Positions 18,191 through 26,836 of a stretch of DNA of 64,000 bases are shown piece by piece (within the stretch, counting starts at the first letter, position 1; every line of letters starts with the position of its first letter). The notes under the pieces are model-generated. The model ran no database searches, was not told where the DNA came from, and saw nothing but the letters and a program-made list of their open reading frames with translations. Made by a program: the position numbers and the translations under genes. The stretch spans positions 1,502 to 65,501 of the forward strand of contig JAUVHU010000005.1 of assembly GCA_030593145.1 (NCBI GenBank), in the 5' to 3' direction. The stretch is from Desulfobacteraceae bacterium (lineage in GTDB: Bacteria; Desulfobacterota; Desulfobacteria; Desulfobacterales; ETH-SRB1).

Positions 18191-19750
18191 ATGGGAAGCT
18201 CATTATTTGCGGGCATTTCGGGCCTGGCATCCGCCGGCAAGCAGTTGGATGTTATCGGTAATAATATAGCCAATGTCAATACAGTCGGGTTCAGGTCCGG
18301 GAAAATACATTTCGGCGATATTTTAAGTCAAAGCGTTACGGGTGGAGCAGCGGCCGGCATGCAGGTCGGTCGTGGTGTGGACGTAGCTGCTATAACTACG
18401 CAATTTTCTTCTGGGTCATTTGAAACAACGTCAAATGCCACAGATCTTGCTATTGACGGTGACGGGTTTTTCATAGTCAAAGATGCCGATGGCGGAGAGT
18501 ATTACACCAGGGCAGGCGCATTTCATCTCGATAATGAAGGTTACCTTGTTGACGTCAATTCTCTTAAAGTGCAGGGTTATAACCTTGCCGGAAGCGATCC
18601 GGATACGATAACGGATATTTCTCTTTCCGGCGTACAGTCTGAACCATCCTCCACAACTGAAATTTCTGTCGGCGCAAACCTTGATGCTGCGACGGTTGCG
18701 GGAGATACCTTTAACGCATCCCAGACAGCTTACGATTCTCTCGGCACTATCCACTCACTCAAATTGACCTTTCAAAAGACAGAAGGGACCGGATACTGGG
18801 GTTTTAAGAGTTATCTGGATAACACTGCCGCTACAGCGCAGGCCTATTCCGGGCTTAAATTTGATACGGACGGTGTTCTTGATAAGGTTTACAGTGCGTC
18901 TGTTACCGGAACGGCTACGGAGGGCGCCGATTTGTTGTACACCACCGCCGGAGACGGTACGGCTACCATAACGGTAAATAACCAGGGCCAGCTCTATAAG
19001 GATACAACTGCGGCAATAGTCCTCACAAGAGGCGCCGACAATAATACATGGGCAATAACTGGGAACGGCGGTTACGCCAATATGTCGATTAGCCTTGGAA
19101 CTGTGGGTGATGATGATGAAGTAGAGATAGATCTGGATGGCGCCGGAGGCACCGACATCACATTTGACATATCAACAGGCACATGGGCAAACGCAGACAC
19201 GATAGAATTTACCATTGCTCAGACAGAAGTAACCCCTGCTGACGTTAATCTGACGATGCCCTCTATTACCGGCGCAACCATCGGAGCTTCCGGTGTGGTG
19301 GCATGGGATCTGGCCGGTACGACAGCGGAGGTGATAACCGGATATGCAAGCACATCCGTGATAAGGACATTGGTTCATGACGGATATTCATCCGGTTCAT
19401 TGAAGAGCATTTCTGTGGTTTCAGACGGCGTAATCAGCGGTTTCTTTACCAACGGTCAGACATCTGATATATCCCAGATCGTTCTCGCAGACTTTCCCAA
19501 TACAACGGGTCTGAAACGGATGGGGAAGAATCTTTTCAGCACAACCGTGGAGTCGGGATCTGCCGTTCCTAATCGTCCAGGATCTGCAGGTATGGGAGAG
19601 ATCAGCCCGAACTCGCTTGAGATGTCAAATACCGATATAGCGACGGAATTTATCAATATGATTACAGCGCAAAGGGCTTATCAGGCCAGCGCAAAGATTG
19701 TTACCGTAACCGACCAGATGATGGCCGAGCTGATGAACATCAAGAGATAA
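18191..19750 (+). CDS. flgE: Flagellar hook protein FlgE.
   Basis: 519 aa. The N-terminus is SGLASAGKQLDVIGNNIANVNTVGF. The C-terminus is EFINMITAQRAYQASAKIVTVTDQMMAELMNIKR. Confidence 0.95.
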   Translation: MGSSLFAGISGLASAGKQLDVIGNNIANVNTVGFRSGKIHFGDILSQSVTGGAAAGMQVGRGVDVAAITTQFSSGSFETTSNATDLAIDGDGFFIVKDADGGEYYTRAGAFHLDNEGYLVDVNSLKVQGYNLAGSDPDTITDISLSGVQSEPSSTTEISVGANLDAATVAGDTFNASQTAYDSLGTIHSLKLTFQKTEGTGYWGFKSYLDNTAATAQAYSGLKFDTDGVLDKVYSASVTGTATEGADLLYTTAGDGTATITVNNQGQLYKDTTAAIVLTRGADNNTWAITGNGGYANMSISLGTVGDDDEVEIDLDGAGGTDITFDISTGTWANADTIEFTIAQTEVTPADVNLTMPSITGATIGASGVVAWDLAGTTAEVITGYASTSVIRTLVHDGYSSGSLKSISVVSDGVISGFFTNGQTSDISQIVLADFPNTTGLKRMGKNLFSTTVESGSAVPNRPGSAGMGEISPNSLEMSNTDIATEFINMITAQRAYQASAKIVTVTDQMMAELMNIKR

Positions 19751-19758
19751 ATGTTACG

Positions 19759-19856
19759 TAGCCGTTCACGGCTTGAAACTTGAAATTGGAAAGTAGAAAT
19801 TTGGGAGAATGTATGAAGGCCAAATTTCCAATTTCAACGTTCCGTGAACGCTTACA
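19759..19856. repeat. Hairpin built from CCGTTCACGG / GAAATTGGAAA words (family N related).
   Basis: GTAGCCGTTCACGGCTTGAAACTTGAAATTGGAAAGTAGAAATTTGG .. CCAAATTTCCAATTTCAACGTTCCGTGAACGCTTAC. Confidence 0.85.
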
Positions 19857-19969
19857 ATATTACTTAGGTTTATGCATCAAGGGTTTATGTTTCAAGATTT
19901 AAGGTTAGTGAACCATGAACCTGACAACCTGAGTAGTTATGTGTCAAATTTCTGACAACCTGTCAAAAA

Positions 19970-19995
19970 CCCTTTTCTTCGGAAAAGGGTTTTTT
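19970..19995 (+). terminator. Rho-independent terminator after flgE.
   Basis: There is a perfect 8-bp stem (CCCTTTTC/GAAAAGGG) with a TTCG tetraloop followed by TTTTTT. An A-run precedes the stem, so it could act bidirectionally. Confidence 0.85.
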
Positions 19996-20085
19996 CTTTC
20001 CTCTGATCTCTGTCCTCTGCCTTGATTTTTATACACACTTAACACCGTGGCTATTGTAACCATCGGTTTTGTAAGCACTTTTTTT

Positions 20086-20170
20086 GAACCGTAGAATATC
20101 GAACAAGGAATGTCGAATGTCGAAGTGACCCCTTAGTAATTCTGCGGTTCCTTGTTCGATATTCAATGTT
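20086..20170. repeat. Hairpin with GAATATCGAACAAGGAA arms (a relative of the family A words).
   Basis: GAACCGTAGAATATCGAACAAGGAATGTCGAATGTCGAAG .. GCGGTTCCTTGTTCGATATTCAATGTT. Confidence 0.85.
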
Positions 20171-20182
20171 TTGGGGCGATTA

Positions 20183-20229
20183 CCCTGACGATAGACCCCT
20201 GATCCCCGAAACCTGACCCCCGAAACCTG
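20183..20229. repeat. Family B C-rich arm abutting the motA sigma54 promoter.
   Basis: CCCTGACGATAGACCCCTGATCCCCGAAACCTGACCCCCGAAACCTG ends 5 nt before the TGGCAT at 20235. Confidence 0.85.
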
Positions 20230-20234
20230 TTTCT

Positions 20235-20250
20235 TGGCATACTCTTTGCT
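20235..20250 (+). promoter_or_regulatory. Sigma54 promoter of the motA-fliL..fliA block.
   Basis: TGGCAT-ACTCT-TTGCT with exact spacing, about 125 nt upstream of the motA ATG and downstream of the flgE terminator. Confidence 0.7.
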
Positions 20251-20263
20251 TTTTCAAGTCTCA

Positions 20264-20350
20264 GTCGAGTGGTTAAATAATCAAGTAGTCAAGTAATTCG
20301 AAGAGAATCACCACTCAACCCCTCGACCCTCGACCACTCGACTACTCGAT
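20264..20350. repeat. Family C hairpin in the motA leader.
   Basis: GTCGAGTGGTTAAATAATCAAGTAGTCAAG - TAATTCGAAGAGAATCAC - CACTCAACCCCTCGACCCTCGACCACTCGACTACTCGAT. Confidence 0.85.
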
Positions 20351-20373
20351 CAAATTATAAGCGAACTATACAA

Positions 20374-21135
20374 ATGGATATATCAACTATTTTAGGAATT
20401 ATAGTCGGGTTTGGCCTTGTGGCCGGCGCCGTAGTTATGGGCGGCGGAGCCTCATGGTTTGTAAATCTTCCCTCTGCAATGATTGTTTTGGGCGGGACTT
20501 TTGGAGCCGTGCTTATCAACTATCCCATATCTGATCTGCTTGGTGTGTCAAAGGTGGGAAAGAATGTATTTTTCCGGAAAGAGCTGAAAACGGAAAAAAT
20601 GATAGAAATACTGTTGGATCTGTCAAAGGTTGCCAGGCGTGACGGGATACTTGCCCTGGAGGATAAAGTGGAAGAAATTAAAGATTCCTTCTTTGCCAAA
20701 GGGCTGACGTTAATGATAGATGGCGTTGAACCAGCTATCCTTTCCAGAATTCTTAATACGGAACTTGAATATATTTCCGAAAGGCACAGGCTGGGAGCGG
20801 AGATATTTACAACCATGGGGAATTTTGCGCCGGCCATGGGAATGGTGGGAACCCTGATAGGATTGATAAAGATGCTGGTGAATATGGAGGACCCGTCCGC
20901 CATAGGTCCGGCCATGGCTGTTGCCCTTGTAACCACCTTTTATGGCGTAGTCCTGGCAAATCTGGTTTTCCTGCCGGCCGCAGGCAAACTGAAGACGCGA
21001 AGCAACAGTGAACTTATGCAAAAGCAGCTGATGATAAGCGGCATCCTTTCTATCCAGTCAGGAGACAATCCAAGAGTGCTGGAAGATAAGCTCCATTCGT
21101 TTATATCACCCAAAAAGAGAAAAACTGCGTTTTAG
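20374..21135 (+). CDS. motA: Flagellar stator protein MotA (MotA/TolQ/ExbB channel family).
   Basis: 253 aa with four TM segments. The conserved motif is FAPAMGMVGTLIGLIKML..GPAMAVALVTTFYGVVLANLVFLP. Confidence 0.9.
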   Translation: MDISTILGIIVGFGLVAGAVVMGGGASWFVNLPSAMIVLGGTFGAVLINYPISDLLGVSKVGKNVFFRKELKTEKMIEILLDLSKVARRDGILALEDKVEEIKDSFFAKGLTLMIDGVEPAILSRILNTELEYISERHRLGAEIFTTMGNFAPAMGMVGTLIGLIKMLVNMEDPSAIGPAMAVALVTTFYGVVLANLVFLPAAGKLKTRSNSELMQKQLMISGILSIQSGDNPRVLEDKLHSFISPKKRKTAF

Positions 21136-21275
21136 GTAGCAGTTCAGACATTAAGACACAAGGGATGGATATGATTAACAAATTGAGGAATTAAAAATGA
21201 TAACATCCTTTAATTCGGAATCCCTGAATTTCCAAATTATATTATAACCTTAGTGCCTTAGTGGCGGAATTATTA
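21136..21275. repeat. Nested hairpins between motA and motB: outer AAGACACAAGGG / CCTTAGTGCCTTAGTG arms, inner family E unit.
   Basis: GTAGCAGTTCAGACATTAAGACACAAGGG .. AAATTGAGGAATTAAAAATGATAACATCCTTTAATTCGGAATCCCTGAATTTCCAAATT .. CCTTAGTGCCTTAGTGGCGG. Confidence 0.8.
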
Positions 21276-21286
21276 GTATTATAGAT

Positions 21287-21967
21287 ATGGAAGAGGAATC
21301 AAGAAAGAACAAAAAAAAAGAGGCGCCGGCTGCAGGCTGGGAGGTGATATATTGTTCTCTTGTTCTGATTCTGGTGGCTTTGTTTTCAATGCTTGTGTCG
21401 TATTCAACCATCGAAGAGGAAAAAATAAAACACTTTCAACAAGAAAAGGAGTTTCTCTCGGAAAACGGTACAGGCAGTGATGCACTGGATCTCTCTCAGG
21501 ATATTCTGGGAGCTCAGGGCGGAGTTGTGATGCAGACCATGAAATCCTTAAAAATGTCTTTGGCACAGGCAGGTCTGGATGAATCGGTCAGTATAGAAAA
21601 GATTGAGAAAGGATTTAAAGTCACTTTTGGAAGCAGTGTATTGTTTTCATCAGGAAAGGCTGAAATAAATAAAGATGCCTGTTTCTGTCTTGATGAGATG
21701 ATAAAGATAGCGCGAAATAATCCTTTTTTTGTAAGGGTGGAAGGTCATACTGATAATGTTCCGATAAATACTCTCGAGTTTCCATCGAACTGGGAACTCT
21801 CAACGACACGGGCGGTCAATGTTCTGCGGTATCTCTTTGAGAAGGGAGAACTTCCCGCGGAGAGGCTGGCCGCAGTCGGGTTCAGCCAGTATCATCCGCT
21901 CGCGTCAAATGACGTTTCTGGAGGCAGACGGAGAAACCGGAGGGTTGAATTTTATTTTGAACTATAA
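21287..21967 (+). CDS. MotB-like OmpA-domain protein lacking the conserved channel aspartate.
   Basis: 226 aa. The TM region is GWEVIYCSLVLILVALFSML, with Ser where MotB has the invariant Asp. The OmpA/MotB C-terminus is EGHTDNVPINTLEFPSNWELSTTRAVNVLRYL..RRNRRVEF. Confidence 0.8.
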   Translation: MEEESRKNKKKEAPAAGWEVIYCSLVLILVALFSMLVSYSTIEEEKIKHFQQEKEFLSENGTGSDALDLSQDILGAQGGVVMQTMKSLKMSLAQAGLDESVSIEKIEKGFKVTFGSSVLFSSGKAEINKDACFCLDEMIKIARNNPFFVRVEGHTDNVPINTLEFPSNWELSTTRAVNVLRYLFEKGELPAERLAAVGFSQYHPLASNDVSGGRRRNRRVEFYFEL

Positions 21968-22072
21968 GAGGCTCTTTCAAAATGTTCAATTTTGTTCAAG
22001 ATCAAGGAAGGCGACCAAATTTTAAATTAGGTTTAACCACAGGAATACATCGAGTATTTTGAGGATTAAAAT

Positions 22073-22879
22073 TTGAGCCTGACGCAGATATTGGGCAAAA
22101 GGGGACGTTTTGAAATTGGCTCTATAAAGTTGATTCTGGGGCGCCGAATGAAGAATAAGCATGAAGATCAAGAGAAAGGAGGGAAATGGCTCACAACCTT
22201 CAATGATATGGTGACACTGCTGCTTACATTCCTGGTTTTAGTTCTTTCTCTTTCAGTAATCGATAGATCTAAACTGGAACAGGCATCTTGTGCTATGAAC
22301 GCTGTATTTGATATGCCGAAAATAAAAAAAGAGGATGTGAAGATTTTTACCCCTTTTGTTGTTCCTATAAGAAGTAAAATCAGGATGTTTGAGGATAAAA
22401 AGAGCGAATTGGCCGAGCGTATAAACAAAGCAGCGGAAACGATTGCAAAAGCAACCGGAGACGGAGCTTCTGTCGGCCCTGAAGGCATAATGAATATAAA
22501 AGTAATAAAAGAGGGGGTTTCCGTTACCCTGGGGGAAAAGCTGTTATTCAAGACGGGTATGGCCGAAATTGAAGAAAAAAATCGGCCTGCCCTTAAGTCA
22601 CTCTGTTCTATTTTTCAAAAAACCGACAGCCGGATAAGGATAGAGGGACATACGGATGATGTTCCGATAAACACTCCCGAGTTTCCGTCGAACTGGGAAC
22701 TGTCAACGGCCCGAGCTGTAAATGTTGTCAAATATTTTATTTCCGAAGGCGGAATTCTCCCGGAAAGACTTTCTGCAGCAGGCTATGCAGACTCGAAACC
22801 CCTTTTCCCGAATGTGAGCGATCTCAACAGGGACATCAACAGAAGGGTGGAGGTTATTTTAGCATTAAAGAAAGAGTAA
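22073..22879 (+). CDS. motB: Flagellar stator protein MotB (canonical, Asp-containing).
   Basis: WLTTFNDMVTLLLTFLVLVLSL contains the conserved Asp. The OmpA-like C-terminus is EGHTDDVPINTPEFPSNWELSTARAVNVVKYF. TTG 22073 has a GAGGA SD 7 nt upstream. ATG 22148 is an alternative start. Confidence 0.85.
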   Translation: MSLTQILGKRGRFEIGSIKLILGRRMKNKHEDQEKGGKWLTTFNDMVTLLLTFLVLVLSLSVIDRSKLEQASCAMNAVFDMPKIKKEDVKIFTPFVVPIRSKIRMFEDKKSELAERINKAAETIAKATGDGASVGPEGIMNIKVIKEGVSVTLGEKLLFKTGMAEIEEKNRPALKSLCSIFQKTDSRIRIEGHTDDVPINTPEFPSNWELSTARAVNVVKYFISEGGILPERLSAAGYADSKPLFPNVSDLNRDINRRVEVILALKKE

Positions 22880-22909
22880 CAGGTCAGCCAGGCACAAAAG
22901 CCTGTAAAT

Positions 22910-22985
22910 AGTCGAGTAGTCGAGTAGTCGAGTAGTCGAGTAGCCAATCACTTGACCAATTTCCTGCTTGACCACTCGACCAATA
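22910..22985. repeat. Family C element: (AGTCGAGT)n left arm plus a conserved 35-nt right segment directly before the fliL SD.
   Basis: AGTCGAGTAGTCGAGTAGTCGAGTAGTCGAGTAGCCAATCACTTGACCAATTTCCTGCTTGACCACTCGACCAATA. Confidence 0.9.
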
Positions 22986-22997
22986 TCAAGAGGGGGC

Positions 22998-23507
22998 ATG
23001 GTAATGGTTGAAGAAGAAAAGGAAGAGGGAGAGGAAGAGGAATCTAAAGAAAAAGAACCTAAAAAAGGCAAGAAATCAATCATTAAATGGATTGTGGTGT
23101 TTTTGGGGGTAGTAATTCTCGGGGCCGCAGGTTTTGCGGGGTGGACGTATTATAAGACTCACATTTCCGGTTCAGAAAAAGCAGGCAGCGAACAGACTGT
23201 TCAGGAAACGGGCATCTGGTCCATGGGCAGCCTGGTTGTGAATTTAATGGATGCTGACGGCGAAAGGTACTTAAAGACTACGATTCAGATCGAAGTATCT
23301 AATCAGGATTGTATATCGGAGATGGAACTTTTAAAGCCAAAAATTACTGATAGTATTTTAGGCCTTCTTTCATCAAAAAGCTATAGGGAAATAGCAGGTT
23401 TTGAGGGAAAACAGCGTCTCAGAGACGAGATCGCCATGCGTCTGAACGGCTATCTTATTAAAGGTCAGGTCAGAAGGGTTTACTTTACCGAATTTCTTAT
23501 ACAATAG
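22998..23507 (+). CDS. fliL: Flagellar basal body-associated protein FliL.
   Basis: The E/K-rich N-terminus is followed by TM IIKWIVVFLGVVILGAAGFAGW and the FliL domain LVVNLMDADGERYLKTTIQIEV..LRDEIAMRLNGYL..VRRVYFTEFLIQ. ATG 22998 follows GAGGGGG. The ORF-track start 22968 lies inside the repeat. Confidence 0.85.
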   Translation: MVMVEEEKEEGEEEESKEKEPKKGKKSIIKWIVVFLGVVILGAAGFAGWTYYKTHISGSEKAGSEQTVQETGIWSMGSLVVNLMDADGERYLKTTIQIEVSNQDCISEMELLKPKITDSILGLLSSKSYREIAGFEGKQRLRDEIAMRLNGYLIKGQVRRVYFTEFLIQ

Positions 23508-23591
23508 AAGGATTAGGGGATTAAAGGATTAGGGAGTTAACGGCATTAAGATGGTAATTCTTAATCCTGACACCAAAGGAGAACAGCTTAG

Positions 23592-24578
23592 ATGGCCGAG
23601 ATATTGTCACAGGAAGAGGTGGATGCCCTTTTAACGGGAGTATCAGAAGGAGAGGTTGAGACGGAACAGCCGGAAGAGCAGGAGCCCTCAGAGGCACAGG
23701 TATACGATTTAACCGGTCAGGAGAAAGTCGTAAGAGGAAGGATGCCGGCGCTGGAGACGACGGCTGAAAGATTCGCCAGAAAGTTCAGGACAACTCTGTC
23801 ATCAGTGTTGAGACAAGTTGTCAGTGTAAACACTTTATCGGTTCATGTGACCAGGTATGAAGAGTTTATAAAAACAATTCCCGTGCCCGCGAGTCTTAAT
23901 CTCTTTAAAATGAATCCATTAAAGGGATCCGCACTTTTTGTTATTGAATCACGAGTAGTGTTTGCGCTGGTTGATATCATCTTCGGGGGATCCGGGCGTG
24001 AAACGGTTAAAATTGAGGGTAGAGAATTTACAATTATAGAAAACAATCTGATAAAGAAGATTGCATTGAATGCACTGTCTGATTTTGAAGATGTGTGGAA
24101 AATAATTGTACAATTTGATGTTGTCTATCAGGGAACGGAAACCAACCCCCAGTTTGTACAGCTTGTGGCGGCTACTGACACTGTGATTGTCATGCAATTT
24201 GAAGTCGACATGGGCTTTTCTGCCGGCAAAATTAGCTTTTGCATACCTTCTTTAATGGTAGAGCCGATCAGTAAAAAATTACAGGCAGGTTATCAGGAAG
24301 ATACATATGTGGCTGATAAAGAGTGGACGAACAGCTTTAATGAGAGTCTTAGAAACGCAAACGTGAATCTGGTTGTTGAGCTGGGTAAAACGGAGTTGAA
24401 TGGAAGAGAAATTACAAACCTGAAAGAAGGGGACGTGATATGTCTGGATCAATATTGCACTGATAGTCTGAATATTTATGTGGAAGATGTGCTTAAGCTT
24501 AAGGGGTACCCAGGGATTTATAAAGGCGGCAGGGCAATAGAGATATCAAAATTTATTGTTAGAAAAGAGGTGCATTGA
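23592..24578 (+). CDS. fliM: Flagellar motor switch protein FliM.
   Basis: 328 aa. The N-terminal CheY-P binding motif is MAEILSQEEVDALL. The conserved middle domain includes SALFVIESRVVFALVDIIFGG. Confidence 0.95.
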   Translation: MAEILSQEEVDALLTGVSEGEVETEQPEEQEPSEAQVYDLTGQEKVVRGRMPALETTAERFARKFRTTLSSVLRQVVSVNTLSVHVTRYEEFIKTIPVPASLNLFKMNPLKGSALFVIESRVVFALVDIIFGGSGRETVKIEGREFTIIENNLIKKIALNALSDFEDVWKIIVQFDVVYQGTETNPQFVQLVAATDTVIVMQFEVDMGFSAGKISFCIPSLMVEPISKKLQAGYQEDTYVADKEWTNSFNESLRNANVNLVVELGKTELNGREITNLKEGDVICLDQYCTDSLNIYVEDVLKLKGYPGIYKGGRAIEISKFIVRKEVH

Positions 24579-24579
24579 T

Positions 24580-25083
24580 ATGGAACAGAATGACTCGGTA
24601 GAAGAAGTAAAAGAAACAAAAAACAATGAAGGAAGCAGCGGGGATGATGTCCAGGATAAGTCGACGGAAGAAACAAAAGAAACAAAAGAAACAAAAGATA
24701 ATGAAGAAATCGGGTGGGACGATGTTAAGGATGAGATGAAGGCATCTGCTAAACCGGTTGAAAAAAAAGAAGTAAGCAATGTCGAATTTGATGAAATAAA
24801 ACAAGGTAAAGCAAAAGACGCATCACTGGATATGAATTTTCTTATGGATATACCACTTACAGTGACTGTTGAGCTTGGTAGAGGAAAGATGTTGATAAGC
24901 GAGCTTCTTAAGTTAGGCCAGAGTTCGGTTGTAGAGTTAACGAAATTTGCAGGAGAACCGATGGATGTCTTTGTCAATAATAGATTGATTGCCAGGGGTG
25001 AAGTAGTTGTGGTTAATGAGAGGTTTGGAGTTAGATTGACGGATATTGTTTCCCATTCCGAGAGACTTAATAAACTGAAGTAG
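24580..25083 (+). CDS. fliN: Flagellar motor switch protein FliN.
   Basis: The C-terminal SpoA/FliN domain is LMDIPLTVTVELGRGKMLISELLKLGQSSVVELTKFAGEPMDVFVNNRLIARGEVVVVNERFGVRLTDIV. ATG 24580 follows an AAAGAGG SD and the fliM stop. Confidence 0.9.
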   Translation: MEQNDSVEEVKETKNNEGSSGDDVQDKSTEETKETKETKDNEEIGWDDVKDEMKASAKPVEKKEVSNVEFDEIKQGKAKDASLDMNFLMDIPLTVTVELGRGKMLISELLKLGQSSVVELTKFAGEPMDVFVNNRLIARGEVVVVNERFGVRLTDIVSHSERLNKLK

Positions 25084-25140
25084 TTAAATAGCCAAGTCGT
25101 TGAGTAGCTAACCACTCGACCACTTCTAAGCGAAGCGAAT
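25084..25140. repeat. Family C short hairpin plus an AAGCGAAGCGAATTAAG core.
   Basis: GTTAAATAGCCAAGTCGTTGAGTAGCTAACCACTCGACCACTTCTAAGCGAAGCGAATTAAG. Confidence 0.8.
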
Positions 25141-25160
25141 TAAGTTATTTGAGGAGTGTC

Positions 25161-25571
25161 ATGAATTCACCGGAATTATTTCCATCTCTTTTAAAAATCA
25201 TATCGGCTCTTGCCGTTACGGTGGGTGTCATGATTGTTGTTGCGTATCTGTTTAAAAAAATCGTGAAAAAGGGAGGAGGAGTAATCAATGGCAGAGAATT
25301 GATAAAGATTTTGTCTGCTAAATACCTGGGGCCCAAGAGCAGTATAATGCTTATTGATGTGTTGGGCAAGATTATGGTGGTCGGCATTTCGAGCAGCAAG
25401 ATATCTCTGTTGACGGAGATTGTGGATTCTGAATCTCTTGAACAACTGAAAGATGTTCAGGGGCAGGAAGGCAAAAGTGCTTCCTTTTCTGATTGTTTGA
25501 AGGGACTGTTGAAGTCAAGTAGTTCAAAGCTTAAAGCTCAAAGCTCAAAGATTGAGGGCCAGGATGCTTAA
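25161..25571 (+). CDS. fliO: Flagellar biosynthesis protein FliO/FliZ.
   Basis: There is a single TM (LLKIISALAVTVGVMIVVAYLF) followed by a conserved segment (IKILSAKYLGPKSSIMLIDVLGKIMVVGIS). It lies between fliN and fliP. ATG 25161 follows a GAGGAG SD. Confidence 0.7.
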   Translation: MNSPELFPSLLKIISALAVTVGVMIVVAYLFKKIVKKGGGVINGRELIKILSAKYLGPKSSIMLIDVLGKIMVVGISSSKISLLTEIVDSESLEQLKDVQGQEGKSASFSDCLKGLLKSSSSKLKAQSSKIEGQDA

Positions 25572-26391
25572 GTTCTCTTTTCCTTTTGAGCTTAAACGAG
25601 GTCGTAAATTGACTTTTTTTGCAAGACCATCAAGGCTCGGGAAATGTCTTATATGCGTACTGGTAATTTCCGGACTCATTTTTTTTGCAAGTTCTTCGTG
25701 GGGGCAATCATTTTCCATCCCCTCGATAAGTTTGAATATTGGGGACGGCGGTGATGAGCCAGGCAGGGTAGCGGTAGTTATTCAGCTGTTGTTTCTTTTT
25801 ACAATACTTTCTCTTGCTCCCGCGATACTTGTAATGTTGACTTCGTTCACTCGAATTGTTGTCGTCCTTTCCCTTCTAAGACATGCTCTAGGTACGCAGC
25901 AGATGCCCGCAAACCAGATTATCATTGGATTATCCCTCTTTCTAACCTTTTTTATCATGACCCCTGTCTGGAATACGGTAAATTCTCAGGCGCTGCAACC
26001 ATATATCAATGAAGAGATATCGGCAGAAAGGGCCTTTGACCTGGCAGCGCAACCCATAAAAGAATTTATGTTAAAGCAGGCTGGAGAAAAAGATATTGCC
26101 CTTTTTGTCAGAATTTCAAGAGAGGAAAGACCACAAAAACCTGATGATATTAAACTTCCCGTATTAATACCCGCGTTTGTAATCAGTGAATTAAAGACGG
26201 CTTTTCAAATCGGATTTATGATCTATCTCCCTTTTTTGATACTGGATATGGTTGTTGCCAGTGTGCTTTTATCAATGGGAATGATGATGCTTCCACCTAT
26301 AATGATAAGCCTGCCGTTCAAACTACTCCTTTTTGTGCTGGTTGACGGGTGGAATTTGATAGTTGGTTCGCTGGTTCAAAGCTTTGCTTAA
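25564..26391 (+). CDS. fliP: Flagellar export apparatus protein FliP.
   Basis: The sequence has a signal-like N-terminus. The conserved motif is LTSFTRIVVVLSLLRHALGTQQMPANQIIIGLSLFLTFFIMTP. The start is ATG 25564 or TTG 25552, and it overlaps the fliO end. Confidence 0.9.
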   Translation: MLKFSFPFELKRGRKLTFFARPSRLGKCLICVLVISGLIFFASSSWGQSFSIPSISLNIGDGGDEPGRVAVVIQLLFLFTILSLAPAILVMLTSFTRIVVVLSLLRHALGTQQMPANQIIIGLSLFLTFFIMTPVWNTVNSQALQPYINEEISAERAFDLAAQPIKEFMLKQAGEKDIALFVRISREERPQKPDDIKLPVLIPAFVISELKTAFQIGFMIYLPFLILDMVVASVLLSMGMMMLPPIMISLPFKLLLFVLVDGWNLIVGSLVQSFA

Positions 26392-26398
26392 CCTAAAA

Positions 26399-26500
26399 TG
26401 AGCTATTAGCTATTAGCTTTTAGCTATTAGTCAAACTATATCAAGATATTATTAAATAATAACATTAGAGCTAACGGCTAATTGCTAACAGCTAATCGCT
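26399..26500. repeat. Hairpin with GCTATTAGC-word arms between fliP and fliQ.
   Basis: GAGCTATTAGCTATTAGCTTTTAGCTATTAG - 35 nt AT-rich loop - TAGAGCTAACGGCTAATTGCTAACAGCTAATCGC. Confidence 0.9.
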
Positions 26501-26529
26501 TAACGTAAGTTTAACAAAAAGAGATACGC

Positions 26530-26799
26530 ATGACTGTTGATATGATTATCGGGTTGGCAGCCGAAGCCATAAAGGTTACCTTGTTGCTTGCAGCTCCTAT
26601 GCTTGGTGTAGGTCTTGTTATTGGTCTTATTGTCAGCATATTTCAGGCTGTAACTCAGATTCAGGAAATGACATTGACATTTGTTCCTAAGATAGTTGGC
26701 GTTATGCTGGCCCTCGTTGTTGCGCTCCCCTGGATGATTAATATTATAGTTACTTATACTCAAAACCTCTTTTCCAATATTCCTACGTATATAAAGTAA
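26530..26799 (+). CDS. fliQ: Flagellar export apparatus protein FliQ.
   Basis: 89 aa. The conserved motif is PMLGVGLVIGLIVSIFQAVTQIQEMTLTFVPKI. Confidence 0.9.
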   Translation: MTVDMIIGLAAEAIKVTLLLAAPMLGVGLVIGLIVSIFQAVTQIQEMTLTFVPKIVGVMLALVVALPWMINIIVTYTQNLFSNIPTYIK

Positions 26800-26836
26800 G
26801 GGATTAAGGGATTAAGGGATTAAGGGATTAAGGGAT
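26797..26836 (+). repeat. Perfect 8-nt microsatellite (TAAGGGAT)x5 forming the entire fliQ-fliR spacer.
   Basis: TAAGGGATTAAGGGATTAAGGGATTAAGGGATTAAGGGAT is followed directly by GTG 26837. The first TAA is the fliQ stop. Confidence 0.95.
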
